A stretch of 64,000 bases of DNA from contig CM082597.2 of assembly GCA_040954595.2 (NCBI GenBank), positions 3,440,014 through 3,504,013 on the forward strand. Direction: 5' to 3'. Under the pieces are notes generated by a model. That model saw only the letters and a list, made by a program, of their open reading frames with translations, searched no databases and was not told the DNA's origin. The number at the start of each line of letters is the position of its first letter. Position 1 is the first letter of the stretch. Position numbers and translations under genes: made by a program. Shown here one piece after another: positions 40,131-53,000 of the stretch. This DNA comes from Balanoglossus misakiensis (taxonomy: Eukaryota; Animalia; Hemichordata).

Positions 40131-42429
40131 AAGACCCAAACAAGCATAATATGTTTCAATGCCTTCTATCAAAATATAGTAAAAACAAAGGTTAATACTC
40201 TCTCACATCAATATTGTTGAAAGGAGGAAAGGTTAAAACATGTCTCATTATTAAAACAACTATCTATCTTCCAGTGTGGAAAACATATGGGACCAAATGA
40301 CAAAATAAACATTTACAGAACAGCGGGAGCAAAGTGATATGCTAATGTTATTTTTTTAGTTTCGCTCACAACAAAGTACATGTGTGAAGAAAAATTAGTT
40401 ACGTGCAACACTGCTGAAAATATTTCGCGCCTGTCGGTCCGAAAGGGTTAATATACTAGCACGATATTTTTTCAAGTGGAAGATTGAATGTAATCTGTGA
40501 AATCCGACGAACTGTACTCTACAGGATATGCAAATAATTAAGGCAATCAAGGCGTTTGGTTGCTTCAAGGACTCTACACGTTCACAGGGCATACGATACT
40601 GCGTCGCGTGATACGCGGAACAGATAAACCATGCACGCCATTCCCAAGGAGGGATTAAATGAATTGTTTTCAGCTCGCTAGGGACATACCCTGCTTGCAA
40701 ACCATGAAAGCTGATCACACATGCGCATTCCCACATATCTCCCTGCTCAGTGTGTGAGTCCTTTTCAAGAGTACTAATAGTGTAGGAAACATCATTCAGG
40801 GATCTGCTTCTTGTATATTGATATTTTTGTGTTTTTATGGATGGGATAATAGAAGCATTTCCGATAAAAGAATGAGAAAATGCAATATGCAAGGAAAGAC
40901 GTTCAAGTTTTGAAATGAGCTGCGTACGTGAAGGAACAGAGTCCAAAACAACTCCTTTTGAATGTTCCCTGTCTTAATTGCCCCAGTGCCTCTGGGAAGT
41001 TTTAGTTCCGGGTCTATGTTTGCATGCAAACATTTCCGGTGTCTAAATGAAAGAACATCACAGAAAGAAAAATAAATGGGAATTTCAATAGATAGACCCC
41101 CAACGGGAGAGTGGAGGACCATGAGCGAAGCTGAGGGAAAGTGGTTCGCCGTGTTACATCGCTGTCATTGATGACAGCGCTTTTGCTCGTTTCTGCCGTC
41201 GATATTGCGTTTCACAAAAGAGACGACGGAAACGCTGCACCTCTTAAACTCCCAGTGCTAAAACCGGGAATCTGTGCGGAATAATAATGGTGTGACTCTC
41301 TAAAATCTTCACTTGGCTGGCTAGTCGTGCACTGCACTGAGAGGTATTCAAGTATCTGTGTTACTAATATTTTGAGTTGGGCGACGCGGGAAGTCTGCCC
41401 GCGAGCGGAAGCATAACACTGGCTAAACTATGGGAGATACTATACTATCTAGCGCTGAAATTGGGAATGACACACATTCTATATTGGGATGCAAAATGTA
41501 ATATTCTCTAAAGCGTCAAGACTTCTTTCCATTTACAACTAGCAACACAGTTTCGTCTTTTTATAGCTGTTTAAAAACTAAGCAGAGCCTCGCACTTCAG
41601 AGGTGACATTTTTAAATACATCGCGTCCAGTATACATTGAACATGGTATGTTTGTGAGATTCGCAACGGGTGGATTGCCGCCAGTTCAAAATAACACTCT
41701 TTCAAGGTTGGACCAATTTAATATGATGAACATGTGGTGTGCTGTTCAATAAATATGGGATTATAAAGTCGATATTTTGATAATACGTGCACAATAGTCA
41801 TTGGTGAAGGCCGTTAGTGTATTTAGTGTCCTTTCCTGATGTCTGTTTTTAAAGTAACAGTGTAAAAATCTAACGACCTAAACTATGTTATTGAAGAGTA
41901 GCCATTACTCTCTGCGTTTACATTTTTTGGTTGGGATTACTTTTTATCACATCTCCAGTTTACTTTGATATAACATGTATTGGTTAGCATTGTCTGCCTG
42001 AAGGGTGTCGTGTTTACAAACAGTTAAGTTGCACATGTGCAGTTCACACGACACTCTCCCTTTAATGTCCAGATGACGAGATGCGATTATTTCTGTTGTA
42101 AACCCGGTGGACGCAGTGAAGGTTAAAACGAGTGCAGTGTCAGACACTGACCTTGAACCTGTGTCTGCCGCGTTCAACCCAGGTTAAGTGGTGTGCACTT
42201 ATGACAGTTGGTGGAAGCCAAACAACGGAAATTATTTCGCGCGTCAGGCAAGATTAAAGACAACGCCTGAGAATATCAAATTCTGACTTTAAGCAGGGAC
42301 ACAGTTACAAAGAAAGCAACAGCTGAGCGTGGAGCTGAAGATTAATCAATCCGACGGCGAATACATCTAGGACCTCGCACAGCACAGTTTAACGTGCTAC
42401 AATGATCACTTTTATTTTTAACAAAGATC

Positions 42430-42960
42430 AGAGCTTCGTAATAAAGGACAGAGGAGTTGTTCCCTCCTGGATGAAGAAACAAGAGACTTACAGACGGGCA
42501 ACACGTTCTGTATATTCAGTTCAAACCATTTACACTCAATGGTTTGTATTTCAAGAGAGGAGATAACGAACACCTCACCCCGAGGAAGCAATTCGCCAAC
42601 GCCGACAGTAATCAGTCCAATTTTTAAACGAGCACTTGATATTTCCTTTGTCAGGATGCAGATACTGTTTCAAAAAGGTGCGATGAGCTCGCCCTCAAGT
42701 GGATTAAAAAGTTAGATGACGGGGAACATAAGACCCCAAGGCCTACTTATTCAGAATTAGTATTCCCCAGTACTAAGAATTCCCCTGGTGAAAAAGGGAA
42801 CGAGAGAAGCCCTTCATCATTATGCACGAAGCCCAGTAACATTAACCGCCAGGGACAACGTGCCAATGTAAGGTCCATGAACGGATACAGCGATGTGCTT
42901 CCTTTCCTACACGCTCCCAGTCCTATAGCAGGCTACTATTGAATGTGTTTCCAGCACCTG
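42430..42960 (+). mobile_element. Highly decayed LINE (L2/CR1/Crack-type) ORF2 C-terminal relic
   Basis: Translated pieces ISPIFKRALDI (cf. LESIQKRALRII) and DTVSKRCDELALKWIKKLDDGEHK (cf. L..RR.ELCLKF.KK....H.L) occur in the expected order, with stops and frameshifts. Confidence 0.4.
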
Positions 42961-43399
42961 TGTTGGGACTTATTTATATTGCGCCAATATACCTGTTGTT
43001 GGCGACCTTAATGATCTCATTACTGCAAAGGAGCTACAGTAGCCCGACTTGCTGTCAGTCAGACTTCCTGTGACCAGTTGCCTACACTCTCTGCTACACA
43101 AAATCCTCACGGACCGAAACTAATATTCTCGATATTTATTAAAAGCAGCAAAACGACTACAAGCTATGGGGTCTTTTTGCTTCCCACTTGGTAGGAAACA
43201 CTTACTAGCGTGATGGCTAACCTGGGCTTTTCTGTCGGTGACGCGAAGGGCAACATATCATCGGCAATCTCTGATATCAGAGCTACTATTCGGTAGCTAG
43301 TCTTTTATGGTCTGCTTATGTGGTTATAAATTTCGCGGCAAAAGCTTTTTATATCAAAGGAAGATACGTTATTGTTAGAACGGTGACGTTTTGACGGTC

Positions 43400-46300
43400 G
43401 ACATATTTGCAGAATGCTCCTAATAGTGGTATTCATATTATCCCGTGGATATCTGACGAAACTCTCAAACTACCGTAGCGGCTGCATTACCCGAACAATG
43501 AGCTCTGGGCGATCAAACGAAACGACAATGGAACCGCTGTCTTTTGGAAAGACCCACTGTACCGAAGTCTTTCTGTTATGGAGACACGTCCTCGTACTGT
43601 TCGTCTGTGAACTCTGGCCCGTCACGTTGGCGGCATGGTTTAAGCGCATTTTTTGTTACAAACTTCAAGAGAGCCAAGATTATCTTTATCGGTCGCTAAA
43701 GTGCGGAAAGTACAACGCAGAAACCGAAAACGATATATATTCCTGTGTTTTAAAAGTTTAATTTGCGTTGTAATACGCCTGTGTAACTGATACACTGCAA
43801 GAAACGTTCACATCAGAACCTGTTGCCCTACGAAATCATCTGATATCTGAGAGATTGCAGATGGTGCAAGTGATCCCTCGTGGATCATGAACGGAAAAAT
43901 GTAATTTACGAATTTCCCGTTAAGGAACAAAGACGACAGCTAAAACGCGAGAAGAGTGTGAGATATTCTTTGAATGCAATAAAAAAACGAGATATCTGAA
44001 TGCAAAACACTGCCGGACAATTTTAACGATCGATATGATTGATACGATTTCGCTATATATATCTCCAGTTCAGAAAAGGACAGGAGCCCCGCGTACATTT
44101 GTGGGTACAAGGTTTCTTCAATACATTTAAACAATTGAAACAGCATGAGTTATTTCAGCATGCTGTTATAGTTGGTGGTATGTCATAACGACCATTCTCT
44201 CCTCCGCTGGAACTAGATTTAGTTCTCTCCAGACCCACAAAATATAGAGAATAAAACACTTGACTGTTTTAGCCACACAAATAAAACATTGCAAAATTTG
44301 GACACGAGGACAGGTTACGGGCCTGATCCACTCATAACTGCCATTTTTAAGCTTTGCAAGACAAACGATATCAGATTTACGAACACCCCGAGCTGCCAAC
44401 ATATGTTTGCGTATTTCATTAAATGGATGTAATTTAACACACACTGTAAGTTGACATGACGACAGGGCTCCCGACCGAACTGGAGATTATGTTTCTTGGG
44501 GCATTGGTCATTTGGCGTCCCGCAGCCACGAGCATCAGAATAATGCTTGGAGTGGGAATGATGTGGTACGTGTATAGCATCCTTACAAGTTAGTGTCGTG
44601 TTAAGTTTGCAATGCATGTGAGTCATCCAACCCCATGCAGAATTCTCTCTCTAATTTTAATGACTTCTTTTCGCCAAACTGTCAAACTGGCATAAGCACC
44701 ATTACATTTTCTCATTTGGACTGGTCTGTTCGTTCTATTTTCGTCGCACATCATTGTCACCTGCTATTACTAGCCAACTTCATATCACGATGTCTGTTCC
44801 ATTTTGTATCGATTTCAGTACATCCTCTGTCATTAGTTTTCTAAATGCTCATTCATCTGCTTCGATCGCTTTTAATTCATTCTGGCTTTTATCTCAATTT
44901 CATTTTGTCCAGTTTTCAAGTTCGATATTCGACCGATTACAATTCTGTACTTGTAGTTTAAACTGTTTCCAAGGAGAAGGCGACCGCTATGTGTACAACG
45001 TGAAAATTACTTCCGGTGAATGGAATTCGTTTTTTTTATAAGGAGTCCCGCAAGTTTGCTACTTGACGAACTAAACACTCTTTTTCTCTCTCACGAGCGT
45101 GCGACATTACTACAATCATATAAGCCATATTGTCTGATAGAGTAAAATGATGGAATTTGGATTCTCAAGGGCCTCCGCGCTAGTCACGAACATGCTTGCG
45201 TTTTATTCCCCGCGGCAAGATTGTCCAGTAATTTTCTTCTGCAGTGCAAGAAATCGATGTGTCTTACGGGGGAATGCCAGAGCAAATGTTACATTAGACA
45301 TACGCCAATGAGCACTCCATGTGGGCATGTGACTGTGTGCGTGTACCAACAGAATCATGTAAAGGGCAATGGTTCCCTGGGCGTAGACTTTTGTTTTCGG
45401 ACAATCAACGACATATGGATCTCTAAAACCAACTCACTTCTATCCAGAAAATCCACCCTACATTCAGAGGAAAGTATATCTTTCAATAAATTAATGGATT
45501 TCAGTTGTGAATGACACCAGGGTGTTTCAGCAATACACGGATCAGAGGCAATGCGCTGACACTGCGCAGACAATTTCTACATTAATGCTGTACTCAAACC
45601 CGAAATTACAGGCGATGTATTATCCTTCTTGATTTCAAACCTGCACATACCTTCCTGTTCCTTCTCAACAACATTGCCCTATTTGAGCGCCAGGTAACGT
45701 CTTTAAGAAAGAGCCACGCCCGAAACCATCTATACATCTTTACCGGCGCCTCAGTCGGGCAATCCGCCCACACTATGCAATTGACGACCTAGATACAGAC
45801 CAGCATAGACTTAGTAATGTTGGTGTAGAACCCCGTGTACAACAAATGTGACTGTATGTTCCTTCAGATGTGTAATTAGCGCTGCGGGCAATGCGGTAAC
45901 ACTGTTATCCGGTAAGCGCCTTTGGATTATTTTGAACTCGACGGCCAATGTTCGATAGGCTGTTTAATCCGAAGGCAGAGAGGAACAAAAATGGGATAAA
46001 TTAAGAATTGATTCAAAACATATCAGGTTTGTTTGCTTGTGAATGAAATCAATTTTCTCTGGTCTTGTTAGGTTATTTCTTTTTACCTGTAATTTAGAGC
46101 ACTGCAACGCATTTTATTTTCATGACATGGATCAGTCAGTGATTTAATCAAGACGCCTCGTGACGTCATTCAAGAACATGTCTATGTACATCTTATTCAA
46201 TGCAAACAAAGCATTTCGTGGAATATCTGATTTCACCCACACAGAAGAAATCACGCGTTATCAGAGAACAAATGATAGTTATTAATACCACACCATTTTT

Positions 46301-47263
46301 GCGTGTCTGTCTTTTTTATTTCGCCGATTCGACGGTTAGCATCTGTCAGTTGTACCGTGTTGTCGTGGAAGCGCAACAGTTCAAGACAAGGATTAATCCT
46401 TCATCAGTTTTCTCGATTTCTCAAATCGCATCGGAAGGAAGTCCATGCATAATACACTGGAGAAGACGATGCTGAGCGGATTGGTTAATCCCCTCTCGCG
46501 GTCGCCACGGTGTCATCGCTTAGAGCCTGCCAAAGCATCTCGCAAATGCAACGGCCCAGATTTTACAAAAAAGAAGGGGGGGGGAATACAGGCTGTGATT
46601 GAATCAACATCAGCGACGCAGCACGCGTCGGCAGTCTCAAAATCTCCTCTGATGTTAAGACATTCTCGCGAATTACCACCTACGTCTCCCGGGGTGGTGT
46701 ACGACCGACTAAATCTCAAAGACATGCACGAACAGCCGTTGGCGGTCTGGAAACCGTGTCCTCAATCTGCCTGATTTACAAGCAGTCGCTTTCATAATGT
46801 TCTTACAGCGAACTTTGATGAACATTGTGTTAGTCTAAGAGTCGGCGATCATTTTATTGATCATTAATGCCCTCGCTGGATTAGAGTTGCGTTCCTTCTG
46901 ATGTTCACGTCAAACACGGATTTCGTTGTTATAATATTCCATTCTGTACTTAAATGTGTGTCGTTCGCAAGAACTGGTTCGCTGGCATGATTGACAGATT
47001 ATTGGATCAATTGATACGTCCTGAGACAAAGAATGAGAGGTTTTAATGCGGATGTCTAAATGGAGTTGATTGATATCCTGTTCAAGTGTATCATCAGTAT
47101 TACTATCGGCTCGACTCTCCATCATTGCAAAACGTGTGCGGCCGCAAACTGAACAAGAGCGACTTACATTATTCATATCAAACGTGTCCTTGCAAATTTT
47201 AATTTGATTCCCCCGACAGAATAGTGACAGAACAGCAAATTCAAACATTCGAATGTAAGTCAT
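43400..47263 (-). pseudogene. Decayed minus-strand coding tract, possibly a DNA-transposon relic
   Basis: Protein-like frames broken by isolated TGA stops (compatible with CGA decay). Motifs CSVCG..CQSC (46910-47263) and TCPHGV..SP..HIDFL..DN (~45215-45330). Confidence 0.25.
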
Positions 47264-48203
47264 CAGCAGACGAGAATTTCTGCCCGATAAAATTGGGTGG
47301 GAAGTGTATCGACGGTGACGTCATGTGATTCTAGGAGGACCAATGCTTTATGGGTACTGACATTGCAGCAAGTCCATCCACTAAGCCTCAGCGAGCAACT
47401 ATGTCGATTCTCCATTTTGTCGTATATCATTAAGCAAAATGTACTAGACACTGAGAACTAGTTCAACAGAAAAATCACTTGGGTGAATTACTTCAAATCA
47501 ATCATCGCTCGATGGACAGTCAAGTTAGAAGTTCCTCTATTGACGGTTTTGACCTCAGAGAAAAGGAAACGCTCGATTAACCAAATAACGTCTCGCATTT
47601 ATGCGCTGTCGCATCGCTCCTTCGCTAAATTAAATACATTAAACGCATAATGAAGTACTTAAAGCTACCCCATTACTGCACGTGTCAGTGTTGCGAAAGG
47701 TTACAAATCAAAAAACAATTACAGGACACATCATGCAAAACGTCAAACTCTCAAAAGACTACATGGCCGTGTTTCATGACAAATTGTGCGCAATTAAGAC
47801 TGTATATTCTGACATGTCAGTTTGAAAGGCGATGCATGCGCCGTGTGACGGTAAGCGGAGTGACGGAGAAACGACGACCAATAAAATGTCTGAATGCACG
47901 ACAAAACAGCCTGTCAGTTAGAGCTATCTCTGAATAATACAACTGATATTGAGCGATGAGCTCGAACACGCCTGCAAAGTATAGTTCCAGAGTCAACCTT
48001 TAGTTTTCATCACTTCAACGAGCAAACGTTAAACATTGTTCACAGACAGAAGAACAAACAATGCAAACAATATCACCAGAATCGAGTGTTGGTTTGAAAC
48101 TATAGCACAATATGGACGTTGCGTTGACATTATACGAATGTATTGTTAGGGATGGTAGTTTATACTTTATAACACTTTATCGTGGAAATTTAAGAATTGA
48201 TAT

Positions 48204-48292
48204 TACATACATACATACTGTGACATACATACATACATACATACATACATACATACATACATACATACATACATACATACATACATACATAC
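48204..48292. repeat. (TACA)n microsatellite
   Basis: Direct reading. Confidence 0.95.
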
Positions 48293-48969
48293 ACGTATTT
48301 GCCGTATTTGCCATTGTTTCAGAGATATAGAACTTTTACATATTTTATGAATACAATAACGAATCAACATATCTATTTTTTGATGCATTTCATGGAATTG
48401 TGGTTAATTCTAATCCAAGTGGAAAGTAACACCGTTTACTACTACTCTGACATTAAATTGTCCCCTCTCCTATTAGTATAAGTAAATGGTTTTAGCGACC
48501 CGCATTTCTGCGAAAAACCAATACGCCCTATGAGCTGTATAATTTTAGACTATCGTCGGCAACTAAATGAGATAGTTGAGCACATGGTTTGACAGATTGG
48601 TGTTTCAATTTATGACTCTGTTTAAATGATTTGAACACAAACGTCACCACAGCACTTTTACCAGTATTGCAACCTAACCAATAACGCCAGGAAAAAAAAC
48701 TTTCCATACACTTTACTACGATGCATAATCTATCATAAACACTTTGCATATATATTTGACGCATTTACATAACAAAGCATCATGTTTTTCATGAGCCCAT
48801 TAAATGTCGAGTCTTTTTATTCACTGAACCGACGACTGTGTTAACAGACATCCAAGAGTTTAACTGCCAAATAAATTGACCCGTCATCAACAAAAATGTA
48901 ATGAAATTTTATAAATAACTTGGTCTGTTGCAAACACGCTTCTGTACTGTCCGCTCTAAACGCATTTAC

Positions 48970-49174
48970 CATAATTGTTGTTCGGAGTTGTCCGGTTCAC
49001 GGAAAGGCGACCACAGTGGGTGGCTTGGTAGGGGGGGGGGGTACGACTGCGCTTGATTTGCGAGTGTTTGGCATCGATCTGCTGACACTGGACCCGGAGA
49101 CAATCGCGAGCGGTAACAGCGCCACATTGAACATTTGCCAAGAATCAACGCATCCTACCCGCATAGAGACCAAT
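48970..49174 (-). other. 205-nt exon ending in ATG|; contains ORF MWRCYRSRLSPGPVSADRCQTLANQAQSYPPPLPSHPLWSPFREPDNSEQQL (phase 2)
   Basis: Acceptor gttttgttttgtaagttttcgtgtag| and donor ATG|GTAAAT. The body is GC-rich relative to the flanks. Confidence 0.5.
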
Positions 49175-49454
49175 CTACACGAAAACTTACAAAACAAAAC
49201 AAAACACTTTGTTTTATCGCGATGACGTGATGTTCGAAAAGACACACGTCCAAACACTCGCACAGGCAACGGCGACTATGTGAAATTCTACCCAATTTAC
49301 GACCCAAGCATATTTTATGATCGACTTGGGAATAGGCGGGCGGGAGTATTCAACAATAGTTTCAGTGCAACGATCTCAACACACAAACACTAAAGTCAGT
49401 CAGCAAGTCGACGCCGTAGGGAAAACGAAAAACTTGTACCGTAGTGTTGCTTAC

Positions 49455-49931
49455 CTCTATTTTAAATATCACGTCGCTGTGTGGGGGGATGGCTCCTGGG
49501 GCAGTTGTATGATCCCGGAGTCTTGTCGGACAGGGCAGTCCAGATTTGTCGCTGGGTGTATTACAGTTTCACATCGATGTATACAACAGCGCAGGTCTAG
49601 AACTGTGGGCGTCCCATTCAATATTCACCAGAAGGCCCGAAGCTGCGGATCCAAAAAGGGAATATTATGATGAGCTGTAAGTTAATTCCTTTTTTTCAGT
49701 GGCACACGGGTATGGACTCTTTTGTGTCTGAGGAAAGAAAGATAGAAGCCAGGCGGGCTGCATGTTGCGACACTGTGGATGTTCGGAACATTTGCCTGCT
49801 ATATACTAAAACCCTCCGCGCGACGAGAAAAGTGGCTCTCGCGGAACCGGTAGATGGTGAATCTCGCTATCGATGTCGTTAAGCAAACCGTTGATGGTTT
49901 TTCCTTGTTTTTCTTCATGTAAAATAAAACC
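49455..49931 (-). other. 477-nt putative 5'UTR exon with several uORFs
   Basis: Acceptor ctgtttgcatgattcag| and strong donor GAG|GTAAGC. No ORF spans it. Confidence 0.5.
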
Positions 49932-50221
49932 CTGAATCATGCAAACAGATTCTCTAACTCCGCGGCGTCATCTGCGCGAACGATTTAACATTTAGACCGC
50001 AAAGGTTGAATCGACGCAAAATTGATAACAAAAGAGTTAGTCATAAACCACGGAAATACTGGTCGCAGCAAAATGAAATGAAAACGTTCGAAAGTGGTAA
50101 ACCTGGCGACAAGAAACATTTTTAAAATCTACAAACTTGAGCGAAATATATTAGTGCAATGATGAATATTTTGTTCAATACGATGTACTGGATTTCTAGT
50201 GCGTCTATACAGCATGCCTAC

Positions 50222-50345
50222 CGGTACTTCTTGTTCCTGTACGGCCGAACAACGGTCTTCGCGTTGGATGTCTGTTTTGCTGTGAGAGATGTCAAACGCT
50301 CGTGTCCGTTGCTGCTTGCAAGCACTCCGCTACTGTAGCGAGCGC
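50222..50345 (-). other. Candidate non-coding first exon behind the X-box promoter (5' boundary approximate)
   Basis: Donor CCG|GTAGGC at 50222. CpG-rich. X-box ~50 nt upstream. Confidence 0.45.
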
Positions 50346-50390
50346 TCAGAGAACGTCTCACCAACTGGTATTCGCATGAAGATGTCTAGC

Positions 50391-50435
50391 GTTTCCATGA
50401 CAACGGTTGTACGTGTTCCAACGTACCCGGATGTC
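50391..50435. promoter_or_regulatory. RFX X-box plus ETS site promoter
   Basis: GTTTCCATGACAAC at 50391-50404 and CCGGATGT at ~50427-50434, inside a ~2-kb CpG-rich region. Confidence 0.55.
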
Positions 50436-50913
50436 GGTTTGTTGGCCGAGGGTGGCATGTAACGGAGCATCTGAAGGCGGATTTCAACCTGAAAGAAGAC
50501 GTTTTATTTTTTTTACAAGGAAAAGCGCCACGTGAAAGATCTATGCGCGAGATTATATTCTGGTGCGCTTAATGCCAGCACTTCTGCGGCGCGTTGACAG
50601 CGACCTGTACGGGCGCTCTTTTGACCATGTTCAACACGTAATACGACCGTGCACATGCGTACGATACCGCGTCAGCTGCGCAGATCTACATTACAATTCG
50701 CATTCGACGTCACACATAACACGGCTGTCACCAGTGAACGACAAGACAGGCGTCATAACAAAAGCTCAGATTTAGGGTGTGGCAGCATTGCTAGCTATAC
50801 TACGTTGGGCGCCGAGAAAAAACATGTGGAGAAGGCTAATAACACAACGCAACAATGACAGGAACTCATTGACAAGCTGCGCGTACTCTTCGTGGAAGGG
50901 AAGTTAGTCTTAC

Positions 50914-51021
50914 CAGTGGACTTGATATGGTTCTCACCCCGAGCTCGCAAAATCACCGAAACAGACGACACCACAAAATAAGTTCTGCACGGCACAGATC
51001 GTGTGCAGAGATCATGGCAAT
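50914..51021 (-). other. 108-nt internal exon (probably 5'UTR; one frame open, phase 1-1)
   Basis: Acceptor gctgttttttattgcag| and donor CTG|GTAAGA. Confidence 0.6.
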
Positions 51022-51379
51022 CTGCAATAAAAAACAGCAACGATGACGAACAACGCTAATATCTAGCCGTGACATTATTATGACACATCAACAATTCGAC
51101 TTACAGATGCGAATATTTTTAGAAGAGAGGATTTCGCGAGTTGCACTGTCAAGGCCGTGCTGAATTTCATGACCACGACAAACGACGTTGAGATAAAGTA
51201 CGTTTAATATTGAATTGGCAGATTCTGCCGCTCTTGCTGGAGGAAAGTAGACACTGCTTTACGAATTCTTTTAAAAGTTCCTGAAATTACGCAGAGTAAC
51301 AGATATTTTTTTTAAACGTCAATAACTTTAATAAACCACCTGTTGTGTTTTTAATCCTTTGCCATAAACATGACAAGTG

Positions 51380-51432
51380 GATGTATGTATGTATGTATGT
51401 ATGTATGTATGTATGTATGTATGTATGTATGT
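51380..51432. repeat. (ATGT)n microsatellite
   Basis: Direct reading. Confidence 0.95.
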
Positions 51433-52701
51433 CTTCAATATACGTGACTGCACGCATGCAGACATGTGAACCTACTAAATAACAGACAAATCCAAAATAC
51501 TATGCCAATGACGGTTCTTGCTACAGATACAATATTGACCTTCCATTAGTTTACTGATTTCCCGATGTGCATGTTTTCACCTTGCAATAAGAATTTAATC
51601 CAGCTTTTGGTAGAGATAAACAGAATCTCACACGCCCCCAGCTCATGGAGTTATATTTCTGACATGAGTTGGGGATATGTTGTTGCCCACGAGCTACAGG
51701 TGACTGCGACACAAAATATCCCGGACGAGTGTGAGAAACTTCATCCCTAGGTACGTGAGATTCTATTTCTCACACGGCCATAAATTCGTCGCATTCGCAT
51801 TAGTGTCATTGAATAATTGATTGCGTAGCCGCGTCTAATACGTTGTAGTTTTTGCCCCATGTAATACACATTGCGCTTTGCATTTGATACCATTTGGCGT
51901 GCGTTAATTAATGTAAGAACGTTTCATCCAATCAGAGCTCGTGTTAGATAGCGCCTCCAGTCTGGGAGAGTGTGGGATCCTTCGCTGTTGATTCCAAACT
52001 CCCAGCGGCCAGGAGCGTGAGAAATAATACTCTTATCGATATCACGTTGGCAAACATCTTGCATTTTCAACAGGTATATCTGTGTTTACAACAAAATAAA
52101 CACAATGTCCCCAACAACAGCCGTAGGGGGTAGACAGGGGGGGGGGGGATAGGCTAAGCCAGCCATAATCTATAGTCAATGTCTATGCACACCTACCGCG
52201 AACATGAAAATTAGCTGTGAGCCTCACGAGGGACCTCGGACGCAACCAAAACTTATACTTGATGTTTCAATATGCGCTTTGAATACATCATAGTCATGGG
52301 TGCATCTCAACTGGCCTCCATCAGCGTGCCTAGTGTGCGATTTGACGAGTGTCTCTGCCCGGCCTGTGTCTCTGCAACTGGTTGACCTGGAACTGGTGAC
52401 CCCGTAAGGACGTGACCTAAGAAAAGTACACATCCTGGCGCATGCGCGCATCCAACATTGATGGAGACAAATATCTCCATCCAGTTGTTCAGCGGTGTAA
52501 TCTAATCTGAGCGGTACATAGCGAACTCGTCGTGGTAGAGAAAAAAACATGCGTCACTTCTGACATTTAGAGAGTAATATCGCTTTGTAACAGATGTCTC
52601 GTTCATTACAATTTGTTGTATCGTGCCGCGCAAATGATTACCTGGGGTTCGGGCGGTTATGGGTCGTCGGCGACAGGTTGTCGGTCCTACACCAAGCACG
52701 T

Positions 52702-53000
52702 GTATCTGCCAAGTGATGATGAGAGCGAATTGACCCCTTTTATATTGAACAGATATGCAAATTGCACCGGATGAGAACTCGCCTAAGTTGAAGTTGCTAC
52801 ATCCCTGACAATAGGCCCGTCTCCTGACCCTTATGCGACCTTTACACCCGGTATCTGCCAAGTGTTGCTGATGAGAGCGAATTGACCCCTTTCAATTGAG
52901 GAGTTATGCAAATTACACCGGATGAAAACTCGCCAACGTTGAAGTTGATACATCCCTGACAATAGGCCCGTCTCCTGACCCCTTTGCGACCTTTACACCC
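52702..53000. repeat. Tandem duplication, 2 x ~149 bp
   Basis: Units 52702-52850 and 52851-53000 both run gtatctgccaagtg...cgacctttacaccc with scattered substitutions. Confidence 0.95.

Noticed and set aside
40395-40946. Longest ORF (183 aa)
   Set aside because: TTG start, no motif, no convincing splice boundaries; consistent with chance
43325-43380. SSFDIKSF as a Penelope reverse-transcriptase motif (minus strand)
   Set aside because: Isolated short match with no other RT motifs in order
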